From an uncultured Gemmatimonas sp. (GTDB lineage: Bacteria > Gemmatimonadota > Gemmatimonadetes > Gemmatimonadales > GWC2-71-9): a stretch of 64,000 bases of DNA. Numbering within the stretch: position 1 is the first letter of the stretch; each line of letters starts with the position of its first letter. A model generated the notes under the pieces. It was not told where the DNA came from. It was given only the letters and a program-made list of their open reading frames with translations, and searched no databases. This document shows positions 1 through 8,372 of the stretch, in pieces. The position numbers and the translations under genes are program-made. The stretch lies in contig CAZYPO010000006.1 in the NCBI GenBank assembly GCA_964649225.1, forward strand, positions 2,001-66,000, in the 5' to 3' direction.

Positions 1-909
1 ATCGCCTATCTCCGCTCGGTACCCGGGCTGGAGCGAGTGGAGATGACTCGACCCGGCTACGCGATTGAGTACGACTATTTCCCGCCAACGCAGTTGGACC
101 TGACCCTGCAGGTCCGCGGGGTGGAGGGACTTTATTTCGCTGGCCAAGTCAATGGTACGACAGGATATGAGGAGGCAGCCGGGCAGGGCGCTGTGGCGGG
201 GCTCAACGCCGCTGCGTGGGCCCTCCAAGAGGAGCCGGTCTCGTTCCGGCGCGATGAGGCCTTCCTGGGTGTCCTAGTGGATGATCTGGTCAGCCGGGGG
301 GTCGATGAACCATACCGGCTCTTTACATCCCGGGCAGAGTTTCGGCTGCTGCTTCGCCAGGACAACGCGCTCCGCCGACTGTTCCCGACTGCGGAACGGT
401 TGGGGTTGCTGAGCGAGGGGGAACGCCGAGTTGCCAGCCGCCGACTCGAGGCGGAGGCGCTGGTCATGGTGCTGGCCAGGAATACCGCGATCTCCCCGAC
501 GCTGGCGAACCCAATCCTGGTAGGCGCAGGAGCCGCGGAAATCGAGGAACCAGTGCGAGTTGCGGAACTGGCTAGGCGTCCGGAAGTCCCCCTTGAGGAG
601 CTACTCCGTGCAGCCGGCCACCCGACGGAGACGGCCGAGGCGGAATGGGCTTCGATCGAGTTGCGCTACTGCGGCTACATCGAACGGGAGCGGCTCGCCG
701 CAGCGCGGCTGAGCGAACTCGAAGAGTTTGCGATCCCCGAGGACCTTGAGTTTGCTGGGGTCACGACCCTCTCCTTCGAAGCGCGTGAGAAGCTCACCCG
801 TCAGCGCCCGCGGAGTCTGGGGGCGGCTGGGCGGATTCCCGGCGTGTCGCCGAGCGATCTTCAGAACCTGGTATTCGAGGTCATCAAGCAGCGGGGGCAG
901 AGAAAGTAG
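1..909 (+). CDS. mnmG: tRNA uridine 5-carboxymethylaminomethyl modification enzyme MnmG (GidA), C-terminal part; 5' end outside window
   Basis: Frame 1 is open from nt 1 (IAYLRSVPGLERVEMTRPGYAIEYDYFPPTQL...YFAGQVNGTTGYEEAAGQG...GRIPGVSPSDL). Stop TAG at 907-909. Typical MnmG C-terminal motifs. Confidence 0.95.
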   Translation: MAYLRSVPGLERVEMTRPGYAIEYDYFPPTQLDLTLQVRGVEGLYFAGQVNGTTGYEEAAGQGAVAGLNAAAWALQEEPVSFRRDEAFLGVLVDDLVSRGVDEPYRLFTSRAEFRLLLRQDNALRRLFPTAERLGLLSEGERRVASRRLEAEALVMVLARNTAISPTLANPILVGAGAAEIEEPVRVAELARRPEVPLEELLRAAGHPTETAEAEWASIELRYCGYIERERLAAARLSELEEFAIPEDLEFAGVTTLSFEAREKLTRQRPRSLGAAGRIPGVSPSDLQNLVFEVIKQRGQRK

Positions 910-933
910 GCCTGGCGGAGAGTTGCTTCCACC

Positions 934-949
934 GGTTTCACGTGAAACC
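934..949. promoter_or_regulatory. parS centromere-like site (GGTTTCACGTGAAACC, perfect 16-bp palindrome)
   Basis: Matches the canonical parS core TGTTNCACGTGAAACA. Lies in the mnmG-parA intergenic region upstream of parAB. Confidence 0.85.
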
Positions 950-1042
950 CCGCCGTTCAGATCCGGACCTGTTCCCCGTTTTCCGCCCGAGCCGACCCTT
1001 CCCCAACCGTCGACTTGGACCCGATCTGCTGAATATCGGCCT

Positions 1043-1058
1043 AGTTTCACGTGAAAAC
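1043..1058. promoter_or_regulatory. second parS-like site (AGTTTCACGTGAAAAC)
   Basis: Same GTTTCACGTGAAA core as site 1, about 110 bp downstream. Imperfect at the outer positions. Confidence 0.8.
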
Positions 1059-1077
1059 GTGCCTGACAGATTGGAGG

Positions 1078-1163
1078 TTCAATCGTATATTATTGGTGGT
1101 ATGGTACCAAGGCTCCACAGTATGTTCAACTGTAATCTGTTATAATACAATGACTTATATGAA
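1078..1163 (+). promoter_or_regulatory. AT-rich island with consensus TATAAT (1141-1146); probable parAB promoter region
   Basis: About 85 bp visibly AT-rich (aatcgtatattattggtggtatggtacc...ctgttataatacaatgacttatatgaa) in an otherwise GC-rich window, directly upstream of the parA ATG. Confidence 0.4.
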
Positions 1164-2006
1164 ATGGACCTGATGGCGCGCACCATCGCGATTGCCAATC
1201 AGAAGGGTGGCGTCGGCAAGACGACGACCGCGGTGAACCTCGCCGCGTCGCTCGCCACGGCCGAGCGGCGCACCCTGCTGGTGGATGCCGACCCGCAGGG
1301 CAACGCCACCAGTGGCGTAGGGGTGCCCAAGGACCCCGCGCGTGGCTCAGTCTACGATTTGCTGGTCGACCAGCGGCCGGCCGACAGTGTGGTGCAACAG
1401 GATGCCGAGCTGCCGTTTCTTGCCATTCTCCCGGCGACGCAGGACCTGGTGGGCGCGGAGCTCGAGCTGGTCAACGTCGACAATCGCGAGGTGCGTCTCC
1501 GCGAAGCGTTGCGGCCACTGCTGCCGGCCTTCGATTACATCATCGTCGATTGCCCGCCTTCGCTCGGGCTGATCACGCTGAATGTGCTGACGGCCGCGCA
1601 CGGCGTGATCATCCCGATCCAATGCGAGTACTACGCGCTGGAGGGAATCTCGCAGCTGCTCAATACCATTCGACTGGTGCAACAGAATTTCAACCCCGAA
1701 CTCGCGCTCGACGGCGTGCTGCTTACCATGTACGACTCGCGGCTCAATCTCTGCCGCCAAGTCGCGAAGGATGCCAAGGAATACTTCGGCCCCAAGATGT
1801 TTCGCACCGTGATCCCGCGTAACGTGCGGCTGGCCGAAGCGCCGAGCTTTGGCAAGCCGATCCTGATGTACGACGTGCAGTCGGTGGGTGCCAAAAGCTA
1901 TCTCGGTGTCGCGCAGGAGCTGCTGCGCCGCGCGGAATCCGGTGAACTCAGCGGGGAGATCGAGCTGCCGCACGCCACTCGCAACGCAGGGGAGGTACGC
2001 ACGTGA
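1164..2006 (+). CDS. parA: chromosome partitioning ATPase ParA/Soj
   Basis: 280 aa. Deviant Walker A (IAIANQKGGVGKTTTAVNLA) and ParA-wide similarity. An ATG at 1173 is an alternative start. The stop overlaps the parB start (GTGA). Confidence 0.95.
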   Translation: MDLMARTIAIANQKGGVGKTTTAVNLAASLATAERRTLLVDADPQGNATSGVGVPKDPARGSVYDLLVDQRPADSVVQQDAELPFLAILPATQDLVGAELELVNVDNREVRLREALRPLLPAFDYIIVDCPPSLGLITLNVLTAAHGVIIPIQCEYYALEGISQLLNTIRLVQQNFNPELALDGVLLTMYDSRLNLCRQVAKDAKEYFGPKMFRTVIPRNVRLAEAPSFGKPILMYDVQSVGAKSYLGVAQELLRRAESGELSGEIELPHATRNAGEVRT

Positions 2007-2902
2007 CCGAGACCAGGCGGTTGGGGCGGGGACTCGAAGCGCTGCTCGGACCGATGTCACGGGAAGAGGCCCAGGCGAGTGGGGGACTCAAGGAGCTCCC
2101 CTTGTCGGCGATCAGCCCGAACCCCTACCAGCCGCGCCGAGAGTTCGCCGAGTCCCAGCTCAAGGAGCTGGCCGATTCCATCGAGGTATCCGGGCTGCTG
2201 CAACCCGTTGTGGTGCGCCCGCGGCCCAATGGGCGCTACGAGCTCATCGCCGGTGAGCGGCGCTGGCGCGCGGTGCAGCGGCTGGGCTGGCAGAAGATTC
2301 CCGCGGTCATCAAGGACGTGGACGACCGCTCCCTGCTGACCCTGGCCCTGATCGAGAATCTCCAGCGCGACGATCTCTCGGCGATCGACGCGGCGCACGG
2401 CTACCAGCAGCTGATGCAGGAGTTCTCGATCCCGCAGCAGGAAGTGGCCCGGCTGGTCGGCAAGGATCGCTCCACCGTGAGTAACACGCTGCGGCTGCTC
2501 CGGCTTCCGGCCGAAGTGCAGCAACTGGTATCGAAGCGCACCCTTTCCGAAGGCCACGCGCGGGCGCTGCTCGCGCTCTCTGACCCCAAGGAGATTACGC
2601 GGCTGGCCCGCGAGTGCGCGACGGCGGAGTGGTCAGTCCGGGATCTCGAAGCGCGGGTGCGCGGCGAGCAGCTGCAGGACGCGGCGCCGGCGCGCACCCG
2701 GATCCGGCGGCCCCGGCCGGAAGTCCGCAATCCCAGCGCCGACATCCGGCGGGTGGAAGACACTCTGCGCAAGCGCTTGCAGACCGATGTCCGCATCACC
2801 GCGCGTCGGCGGGGACGGGGTGCCTTGACCATTCACTATTACTCCAACGACGATCTGGCCCGGCTGCTCGAGCTGATCCTGGGTGAGCCGTTCGGAGGAT
2901 GA
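2003..2902 (+). CDS. parB: chromosome partitioning protein ParB/Spo0J
   Basis: 299 aa. N-terminal LGRGLEALL, ParB box GERRWRA, HTH segment (QQEVARLVGKDRSTVSNTLRLLRLP). Confidence 0.95.
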   Translation: MTETRRLGRGLEALLGPMSREEAQASGGLKELPLSAISPNPYQPRREFAESQLKELADSIEVSGLLQPVVVRPRPNGRYELIAGERRWRAVQRLGWQKIPAVIKDVDDRSLLTLALIENLQRDDLSAIDAAHGYQQLMQEFSIPQQEVARLVGKDRSTVSNTLRLLRLPAEVQQLVSKRTLSEGHARALLALSDPKEITRLARECATAEWSVRDLEARVRGEQLQDAAPARTRIRRPRPEVRNPSADIRRVEDTLRKRLQTDVRITARRRGRGALTIHYYSNDDLARLLELILGEPFGG

Positions 2903-3693
2903 GCGCCGGGAAGCGCGGTGTTTCCGTCATTGTCCAGCGGGATGGCGCGCTGCAGTCGCGGAACTACCGGATTCCGATCTGGGCCCTCCGTACGGCCCTG
3001 GTCCTGGGCGTCGCGCTCGCGGTAGCGGCGGTGCTGGGCGTGGCGTTTTACGGGCCGATTGTGCGGCACGCGGCACGCGTCCCTTCGCTGACCCGCGAGG
3101 TCGACCGGCTGCGCATCGATAACCAGCGGATCCGGGAGCTTGCCGCCGCGCTCGACAGCGTCGAATCCAACTACGAGCGACTGCGCCGGATGGTGGGAGC
3201 GGACATCGTGCCCGACCGCGTGGCGCTCGGCAGTACGCTCCCGCTGGCACCGCCGATCTATGCCGCAACTCCAGGCGCCGCGCCACAATACGAATCCGAG
3301 CCGTCACTTCCCCGGCACTGGCCCCTCGATGAGCGGGGATACGTGACCCGGGGTCAAGCGCCGGCGTCCGGCGATGACGAAGAACATCCCGGCATCGACA
3401 TTGCTGTGCCGGTCGGGAGTGTGGTGCGCGCGGCGGGAGGGGGTGTGGTGTTACAAACCGGCGCGCACAAAGCATACGGCAACTTCGTACTGCTCGAGCA
3501 CCCCGAGGGATACCAGTCCATGTATGGGCATCTGTCGCGCATTCTGGCGGTGCAAGGGATGCGCGCGCGCGCGGGCGAGGTAATTGCCCTGAGTGGAAAC
3601 ACCGGCAGATCGTCGGCTCCGCATCTCCATTTCGAGATCCGGCTCAACGGCGTATCGATTGACCCTGGCACGATGGTGAAGGAGGAGCACTAA
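2899..3693 (+). CDS. bitopic M23/LytM family peptidase (LmdC-like architecture)
   Basis: 264 aa. Short N-terminal tail, one TM helix (IWALRTALVLGVALAVAAVLGVAFYG), a coiled-coil-like stretch, and a LytM domain with HPGIDIA (HxxxD) and HLHFE (HxH). ATGA overlap with parB. Confidence 0.9.
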   Translation: MSAGKRGVSVIVQRDGALQSRNYRIPIWALRTALVLGVALAVAAVLGVAFYGPIVRHAARVPSLTREVDRLRIDNQRIRELAAALDSVESNYERLRRMVGADIVPDRVALGSTLPLAPPIYAATPGAAPQYESEPSLPRHWPLDERGYVTRGQAPASGDDEEHPGIDIAVPVGSVVRAAGGGVVLQTGAHKAYGNFVLLEHPEGYQSMYGHLSRILAVQGMRARAGEVIALSGNTGRSSAPHLHFEIRLNGVSIDPGTMVKEEH

Positions 3694-4148
3694 TGGGATT
3701 CTTCTCGGTGCAACCCGCGGCCAGCCCGGCCAAGTCTACCGTACCTGCGACCGGCGAACGCCGGCGCAATCGCGATCCGCAAGGCGGGCTCTCGATCGTG
3801 GCCAAGGATCTCACCATCACGGGAGATCTCCAGGCCGAAGGCGTCATCCGTATCGAAGGACGCGTAGTGGGCAATGTCCACGCGGGCGACCAGGTGCTGC
3901 TCTGTGACGGCGGCATCATCGAGGGCGACGTGGTGGCCCGCGAGGCGGTCATCGGCGGCCGGGTACACGGCTGCATCTCGAGCGAGGAGCGTGTGGAGCT
4001 GCAGTCCACAGCGATTGTGCACGGCGACATCGTAACGCGACGGTTGCTCATCCAGGAGGGCGGCAGGGTCAACGGCGCCGTCCGGATGGACGGCGTGGAA
4101 GCCCAGAAGCCGGCGGTGGAGGGACTGCGGCTGGCGGCGAGCAGTTAA
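3693..4148 (+). CDS. bactofilin family cytoskeletal protein
   Basis: 151 aa. Beta-helical repeat pattern (DLTITGDLQAEGVIRIEGRVVGNVHAGDQVLL...RVELQSTAIVHGDIVTRRLLIQEGGRVNG). The ATG shares one base with the TAA stop of the M23 gene. Confidence 0.9.
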   Translation: MGFFSVQPAASPAKSTVPATGERRRNRDPQGGLSIVAKDLTITGDLQAEGVIRIEGRVVGNVHAGDQVLLCDGGIIEGDVVAREAVIGGRVHGCISSEERVELQSTAIVHGDIVTRRLLIQEGGRVNGAVRMDGVEAQKPAVEGLRLAASS

Positions 4149-4165
4149 CAGCACACGGCGGAGGC

Positions 4166-5146
4166 ATGGCAAGCGCGCGTAGCCTCAGCGTCGTGCTCTT
4201 CGGCATCCTCGCCGGATGCGCAAAGCCCGCAAGCCGCGAAGTCGGGTTCCGCGTCGCGCTCATCACCCCCGGCTCCATCGCGGATGCCGCCTGGAACTCC
4301 GGCGCTTACGCCGGCTTGCTGCAAATCCGTGATTCCACCGCTGCGGCAATCAGCCATGTCGAGGCTCGCACTCCGGGCGAGCAGACCGAAGCCTTGCGCA
4401 CGTATGCCGCGCAGGGATACAACCTCGTGTTCGGACACGGCTTCGAGTTCCAGGCTCCAGCCGAGCGGATCGGGGCCGACTACCCCAAGACGGTGTTCGT
4501 GGTCACCTCGGGCGAGCGGGTCTCCGCGGCCGGCAACGTCGTGCCGCTGGTGTTCGGGATCGAGGAGGGAACCTATCTCGCGGGGATGGTGGCCGGCGGC
4601 ATGACCCGATCGCACAAGATCGGCTTCGTCGGCGGGATGGAGTTGCCACCTATTGTGCGCGGCTACCAGGGATGGCTCAATGGAGCGAAGGCCGTTGATC
4701 CCAGGGTCGACAGCCGGATCGCTTATCTCAACACCTTCGATGATGTGGCCGCCGGCCGGGAAGCTGCCCTGGCGATGATCCGGGTGGGCGTCGACATGCT
4801 GCACCACAACGCCGACCAAGCCGCGCTGGGGCTGTTCCAAGCGGTGAAGGACAGCCGGGGAGTCTACGCCTTCGGCGCCAACGCCGAGCAGAGTGCACTG
4901 GCACCCGAACGGGTTCTGGGCTCGGTGGTGATCGATCTACCCAAGGCCTTTCTCGCCATCGCCCGCGAGGTGAAGGAAGGACACTTCGTACCGCGGGTCG
5001 AGACCTTTGGACTGGGTGGAGGCGTGTTGCGCTACGAGCCTAACCCGGCGCTCGACACTCTGGTACCCGTCGACCTGCGGGCCCGGGTACGGGCAGCGAA
5101 GGATTCCATTCTTGCGGGCACCCTCAAGCCCCTCGCGGCGCACTGA
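4166..5146 (+). CDS. BMP family (PnrA/Med-like) ABC transporter substrate-binding lipoprotein
   Basis: 326 aa. Signal peptide with lipobox LAGC. BMP-family blocks (GYNLVFGHGFEF, IGFVGGMELPPI). Confidence 0.9.
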   Translation: MASARSLSVVLFGILAGCAKPASREVGFRVALITPGSIADAAWNSGAYAGLLQIRDSTAAAISHVEARTPGEQTEALRTYAAQGYNLVFGHGFEFQAPAERIGADYPKTVFVVTSGERVSAAGNVVPLVFGIEEGTYLAGMVAGGMTRSHKIGFVGGMELPPIVRGYQGWLNGAKAVDPRVDSRIAYLNTFDDVAAGREAALAMIRVGVDMLHHNADQAALGLFQAVKDSRGVYAFGANAEQSALAPERVLGSVVIDLPKAFLAIAREVKEGHFVPRVETFGLGGGVLRYEPNPALDTLVPVDLRARVRAAKDSILAGTLKPLAAH

Positions 5147-5155
5147 GTCGCCCCG

Positions 5156-5935
5156 ATGCCGCCCCAGCCCCTGCGAGTTGTCACGGAATACCTCGATCGG
5201 TATCTGCGGGTGCACGAGGTTCCCGACGAGGCCAACGCCGTGAACGGGCTGCAGGTGGAGAACGCGTCGGGGCAGGTGAGCCGGGTCATCGCAGCGGTGG
5301 ATGGGAGCCTGGAGACAATCAAGTCGGTAAGGGGAGTGCCATCTACCGACTCCCCGCTCCTCCTCGTACATCACGGGCTGCTCTGGGACGGTAACGTCCC
5401 GATCACCGGTCGGCGCTACCAGCGCGTCTTTGCTCTGCTTCAATATGACCTCGCCCTGTACGCGGCGCATATCCCGCTCGATGTTCACCCCGAGGTTGGC
5501 AACAACTCCGTGCTGGCCCGTCAGCTCGGGCTCGGCTCACCCGAGCCGTTCGATACCTATCGGGGCGTTCCGCTCGGCGTCCAGGGGGTGCTGGAGCCAG
5601 CCGAGTCGCGCGAGGCCCTCGTTGCACGGGTGGAGCGGCTGCTGGGCGCGCGGGCGCGTTTGATTCCTGGTGGCCCAGCCTTGTCGCGACGGGTCGGGAT
5701 CATCACCGGGGGCGCAGGGGGAAGAATCGGCGCGGCGCACGCAGCAGGCCTCGACACCTATCTGACGGGCGAAGGGGCCCACCACACTTACTTTGACGCG
5801 ATGGAGCTGGGGGTGAACGTGATCTACGCGGGTCACTACGCAACTGAGACAGTGGGCGTCAAGGCCCTGGCGGCGCATCTCAGCGAGCGATTTGGACTGC
5901 CGTGGGAGTTTCACGACCATCCAACGGGGCTCTGA
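5156..5935 (+). CDS. Nif3-like dinuclear metal center protein (YbgI/GTP cyclohydrolase 1 type 2 family)
   Basis: 259 aa. NIF3 pattern (NGLQVEN..., LLLVHHGLLW, LYAAHIPLDVHPEVGNN, GHYATE). Confidence 0.9.
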   Translation: MPPQPLRVVTEYLDRYLRVHEVPDEANAVNGLQVENASGQVSRVIAAVDGSLETIKSVRGVPSTDSPLLLVHHGLLWDGNVPITGRRYQRVFALLQYDLALYAAHIPLDVHPEVGNNSVLARQLGLGSPEPFDTYRGVPLGVQGVLEPAESREALVARVERLLGARARLIPGGPALSRRVGIITGGAGGRIGAAHAAGLDTYLTGEGAHHTYFDAMELGVNVIYAGHYATETVGVKALAAHLSERFGLPWEFHDHPTGL

Positions 5936-5947
5936 GGAGGTGAACGG

Positions 5948-7339
5948 GTGAGCACGGCAACCGCGCCGGCTCTGGAGCTGCGCGGCATCGTCAAGTCCTT
6001 CGGCTCCGTGCAGGCGCTCCGCGGAGCCGATTTCGTTCTGACTCCCGGGGAAGTTCACGCGCTCCTGGGTGAGAACGGAGCGGGGAAGTCTACGCTGCTG
6101 CAGGTCGCCTACGGCATGATTCCTCCCGACGGCGGGACGCTGAGCCTTCATGGCCACCCAGTGAGGTTCCGCTCGCCGCGCGCCGCGCGGGCCGCAGGGA
6201 TCGGCATGGTGCATCAGCACTTTACCAGCATCGGAGCGCTCACGGTCCGCGAGAACATCGCGCTCGCGATAGGGAGATACGGCGCGGGCCTCAAGGGCGC
6301 GATGACCGGGGAGCTGATGCAGGGTCTGGATCCGCGCGTCCGGGTGGAGTCGCTGGGAGTGGCGCTCCGGCAGCGCCTCGAGATCGTCAAAGCCCTGGCG
6401 ACGGACGCCAGGGTCCTACTGCTCGACGAGCCCAGCGCGGTGCTGGCGCCGCGCGAGGTCGATGAGCTGCTCGCCCTGCTTCGCCGGTTCGCACGGGAGG
6501 GCGGCACCGTGGCCCTGGTCACCCACAAACTTCCCGAGGTGTTGGCCGCCGCGGACCGGGTGACGGTACTCCGGGATGGGACGACCAGATTGAGCGGATG
6601 GGTCGCGGAGCAGAGCGCGGAGGGGCTGGCAGAGGCGATGATTGGGAGCGCGGGAAGTCGGGAAGTCGGGAGGCTGGGAGGTCGGGAGGTTTGGCCAGGG
6701 ACCCTCCCGACTTCCCGACTTCCCGACTTGCTAGCAATCGGCGACGTCACGATCCACCCGGGCGAGCTCATCGGCATCGCGGCTATCGAAGGCAACGGCC
6801 AGCGGGAGTTGTTGCGCCGGATCGCCCCCGCTGCCTTTGTGCCGGAGGATCGCACGACGGAAGGTCTCATTCCGGCGCTGTCGCTCACAGAAAACATGGT
6901 GCTCGGCCTGAGCGAGGACCCTCGCTGGTCCCGCGGTCCCTGGCTCGATTGGGCCGCGGCACGTGCGCACACGACCCGGCTGATCCACAGCTTCGGGATT
7001 CGCGCTGCGGGACCGGATGTACCTGCCGCGACGCTCTCCGGCGGCAATCAGCAAAAGGTGATGCTGGCGCGGGCGCTCGAAGGGGGGCCGCGCCTTCTGG
7101 TGGCGGAGAACCCTACGCGAGGTCTCGATATCCGTGCGACGGCCGAGGTGCACGACCGGCTGCGGGGCGCGGCGCGGGCGGGGGTGGCCGTAATCGTGTA
7201 CTCGACCGACCTGGATGAGGTGCTTGAGCTGGGAGAGCGGGTACTGGTGGTTCATCGAGGGCAGGTTACGGAAGCTTCCCGAGGCGCGGACCGCCGTGCG
7301 GTCGGTGAGCTCATGCTCGGGATCCAGCGTGATCGCTGA
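5948..7339 (+). CDS. ABC transporter ATP-binding protein, two fused NBDs (BMP/nucleoside-sugar type)
   Basis: 463 aa. NBD1 has Walker A GENGAGKST and Walker B LLLDEP. NBD2 has GNGQRELL, signature LSGGNQQK and VAENPTRGLD. The linker carries the palindromic insert at 6651-6725, and NBD2 looks shortened. Confidence 0.9.
   Translation: MSTATAPALELRGIVKSFGSVQALRGADFVLTPGEVHALLGENGAGKSTLLQVAYGMIPPDGGTLSLHGHPVRFRSPRAARAAGIGMVHQHFTSIGALTVRENIALAIGRYGAGLKGAMTGELMQGLDPRVRVESLGVALRQRLEIVKALATDARVLLLDEPSAVLAPREVDELLALLRRFAREGGTVALVTHKLPEVLAAADRVTVLRDGTTRLSGWVAEQSAEGLAEAMIGSAGSREVGRLGGREVWPGTLPTSRLPDLLAIGDVTIHPGELIGIAAIEGNGQRELLRRIAPAAFVPEDRTTEGLIPALSLTENMVLGLSEDPRWSRGPWLDWAAARAHTTRLIHSFGIRAAGPDVPAATLSGGNQQKVMLARALEGGPRLLVAENPTRGLDIRATAEVHDRLRGAARAGVAVIVYSTDLDEVLELGERVLVVHRGQVTEASRGADRRAVGELMLGIQRDR
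6651..6725. repeat. perfect 23-bp inverted repeat (cgggaagtcgggaagtcgggagg / cctcccgacttcccgacttcccg) with 29-nt spacer, built from tandem octamers
   Basis: Read directly. Left arm 6651-6673, right arm 6703-6725, octamer CGGGAAGT/CGGGAGGT repeated about 5 times on the left and 3 times (reverse complement) on the right. 75 nt equals 25 codons, in frame inside the ABC ATPase. Confidence 0.9.
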
Positions 7340-8372
7340 GCGGCTCCGGCCGCTATTCACCGCGGCGGCGGCGCTCACCGCCGGATTCCTGGTGCTCGCG
7401 CTGGGGCTCGCGGCTGCGGGTTACGACGCGTCACTTGCGCTCGGCGCCTTGTGGCGCGGAGCGTTCGGGTCGTGGGACGCGCTGGTCTCCGCCACGCTGG
7501 TGCGCTCGGTGCCGCTCATCGTTCTCGGCCTCGGTGTGGCCTTGGCCTTTCGCGCCGGCGCGCTCAACATCGGCGGCGAAGGGCAGTTCTATGCCGGCGC
7601 GATGGCGGCCACCTGGGTCGGGTTACATGTCTTCGGCTGGCCGGCGCCCTTGGCTATCGGCAGCGTGTGGCTCGCGGCGTCGATCGCCGGGGTGCTATGG
7701 ATCGCTGTTCCCGTGCTGCTCAAACTGCGCTTTGGGGTGTTGGAGGTCATCTCGACCCTGCTGCTCAATTTCGTCGCGGAAGCGGCGGTGAGCTATGCCG
7801 TGACCGGGCCGCTGCAGGAAGCGAAGCAGGTCTATCCCCAGAGCGACCCTATCGCGGGCGTGGCGCGGCTCCCGTTGTTCCCCGGTTCGCGCCTGCATGT
7901 CGGGATCGTGCTGGCCGTACTGCTCGCGGTGGGGCTCTGGCTCATCTTCAGCAAGACCATCTGGGGATTCCAGCTGCGGGCCACAGGACTCGGACCTCAT
8001 GCCGCGGAGATCAGCGGCAGAATCCCGGTGAAGCGAGTTCTCGGCTTTGCGCTGCTCTGGTCGGGGGCATTTGCCGGGCTGGCCGGCGGGCTCGAGATCT
8101 CCGGCGTCACCTACAGTCTCTACCAGAACCTCTCGCCCGGATATGGATTCACGGCGATCGCGGTCGCCCTGCTCGCCCGGCTGCACCCCCTCGGGGTCAT
8201 GGCGACGGGGCTGCTGTTCGGTGCGCTGGAAGCCGGCGCACAGGGCATGCAGCGCGAAGCAGGAGTACCCGCTGTCACCGTGGCGGTGGCGGAGGCGGTG
8301 ATCATCCTGGCTGTTTTGCTGGCGGAAGCGCTCAGTCGCCGGCGCGCAGCGGCAGCAAGGCAGGCGGCGTGA
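7329..8372 (+). CDS. ABC transporter permease
   Basis: TM-rich, with motif LNIGGEGQFYAGA. The start is moved to GTG 7329 (VIAERLRPLF...), which overlaps the ATPase stop; the track start at 7215 lies inside the ATPase gene. Confidence 0.85.
   Translation: MIAERLRPLFTAAAALTAGFLVLALGLAAAGYDASLALGALWRGAFGSWDALVSATLVRSVPLIVLGLGVALAFRAGALNIGGEGQFYAGAMAATWVGLHVFGWPAPLAIGSVWLAASIAGVLWIAVPVLLKLRFGVLEVISTLLLNFVAEAAVSYAVTGPLQEAKQVYPQSDPIAGVARLPLFPGSRLHVGIVLAVLLAVGLWLIFSKTIWGFQLRATGLGPHAAEISGRIPVKRVLGFALLWSGAFAGLAGGLEISGVTYSLYQNLSPGYGFTAIAVALLARLHPLGVMATGLLFGALEAGAQGMQREAGVPAVTVAVAEAVIILAVLLAEALSRRRAAAARQAA

Noticed and set aside
909-1164. oriC in the mnmG-parA intergenic region
   Set aside because: It contains parS sites and an AT-rich tract, but I found no cluster of TTATCCACA-like DnaA boxes (only a weak TCCACA). 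dnaA is not in the window.
7451-8368. N-terminal two thirds of the 609-aa plus-strand track ORF 7451..9280
   Set aside because: It runs out of frame over the first permease gene. The translation is Arg/Gly/Ala-rich with no TM pattern. Only the part from GTG 8369 looks like a permease.
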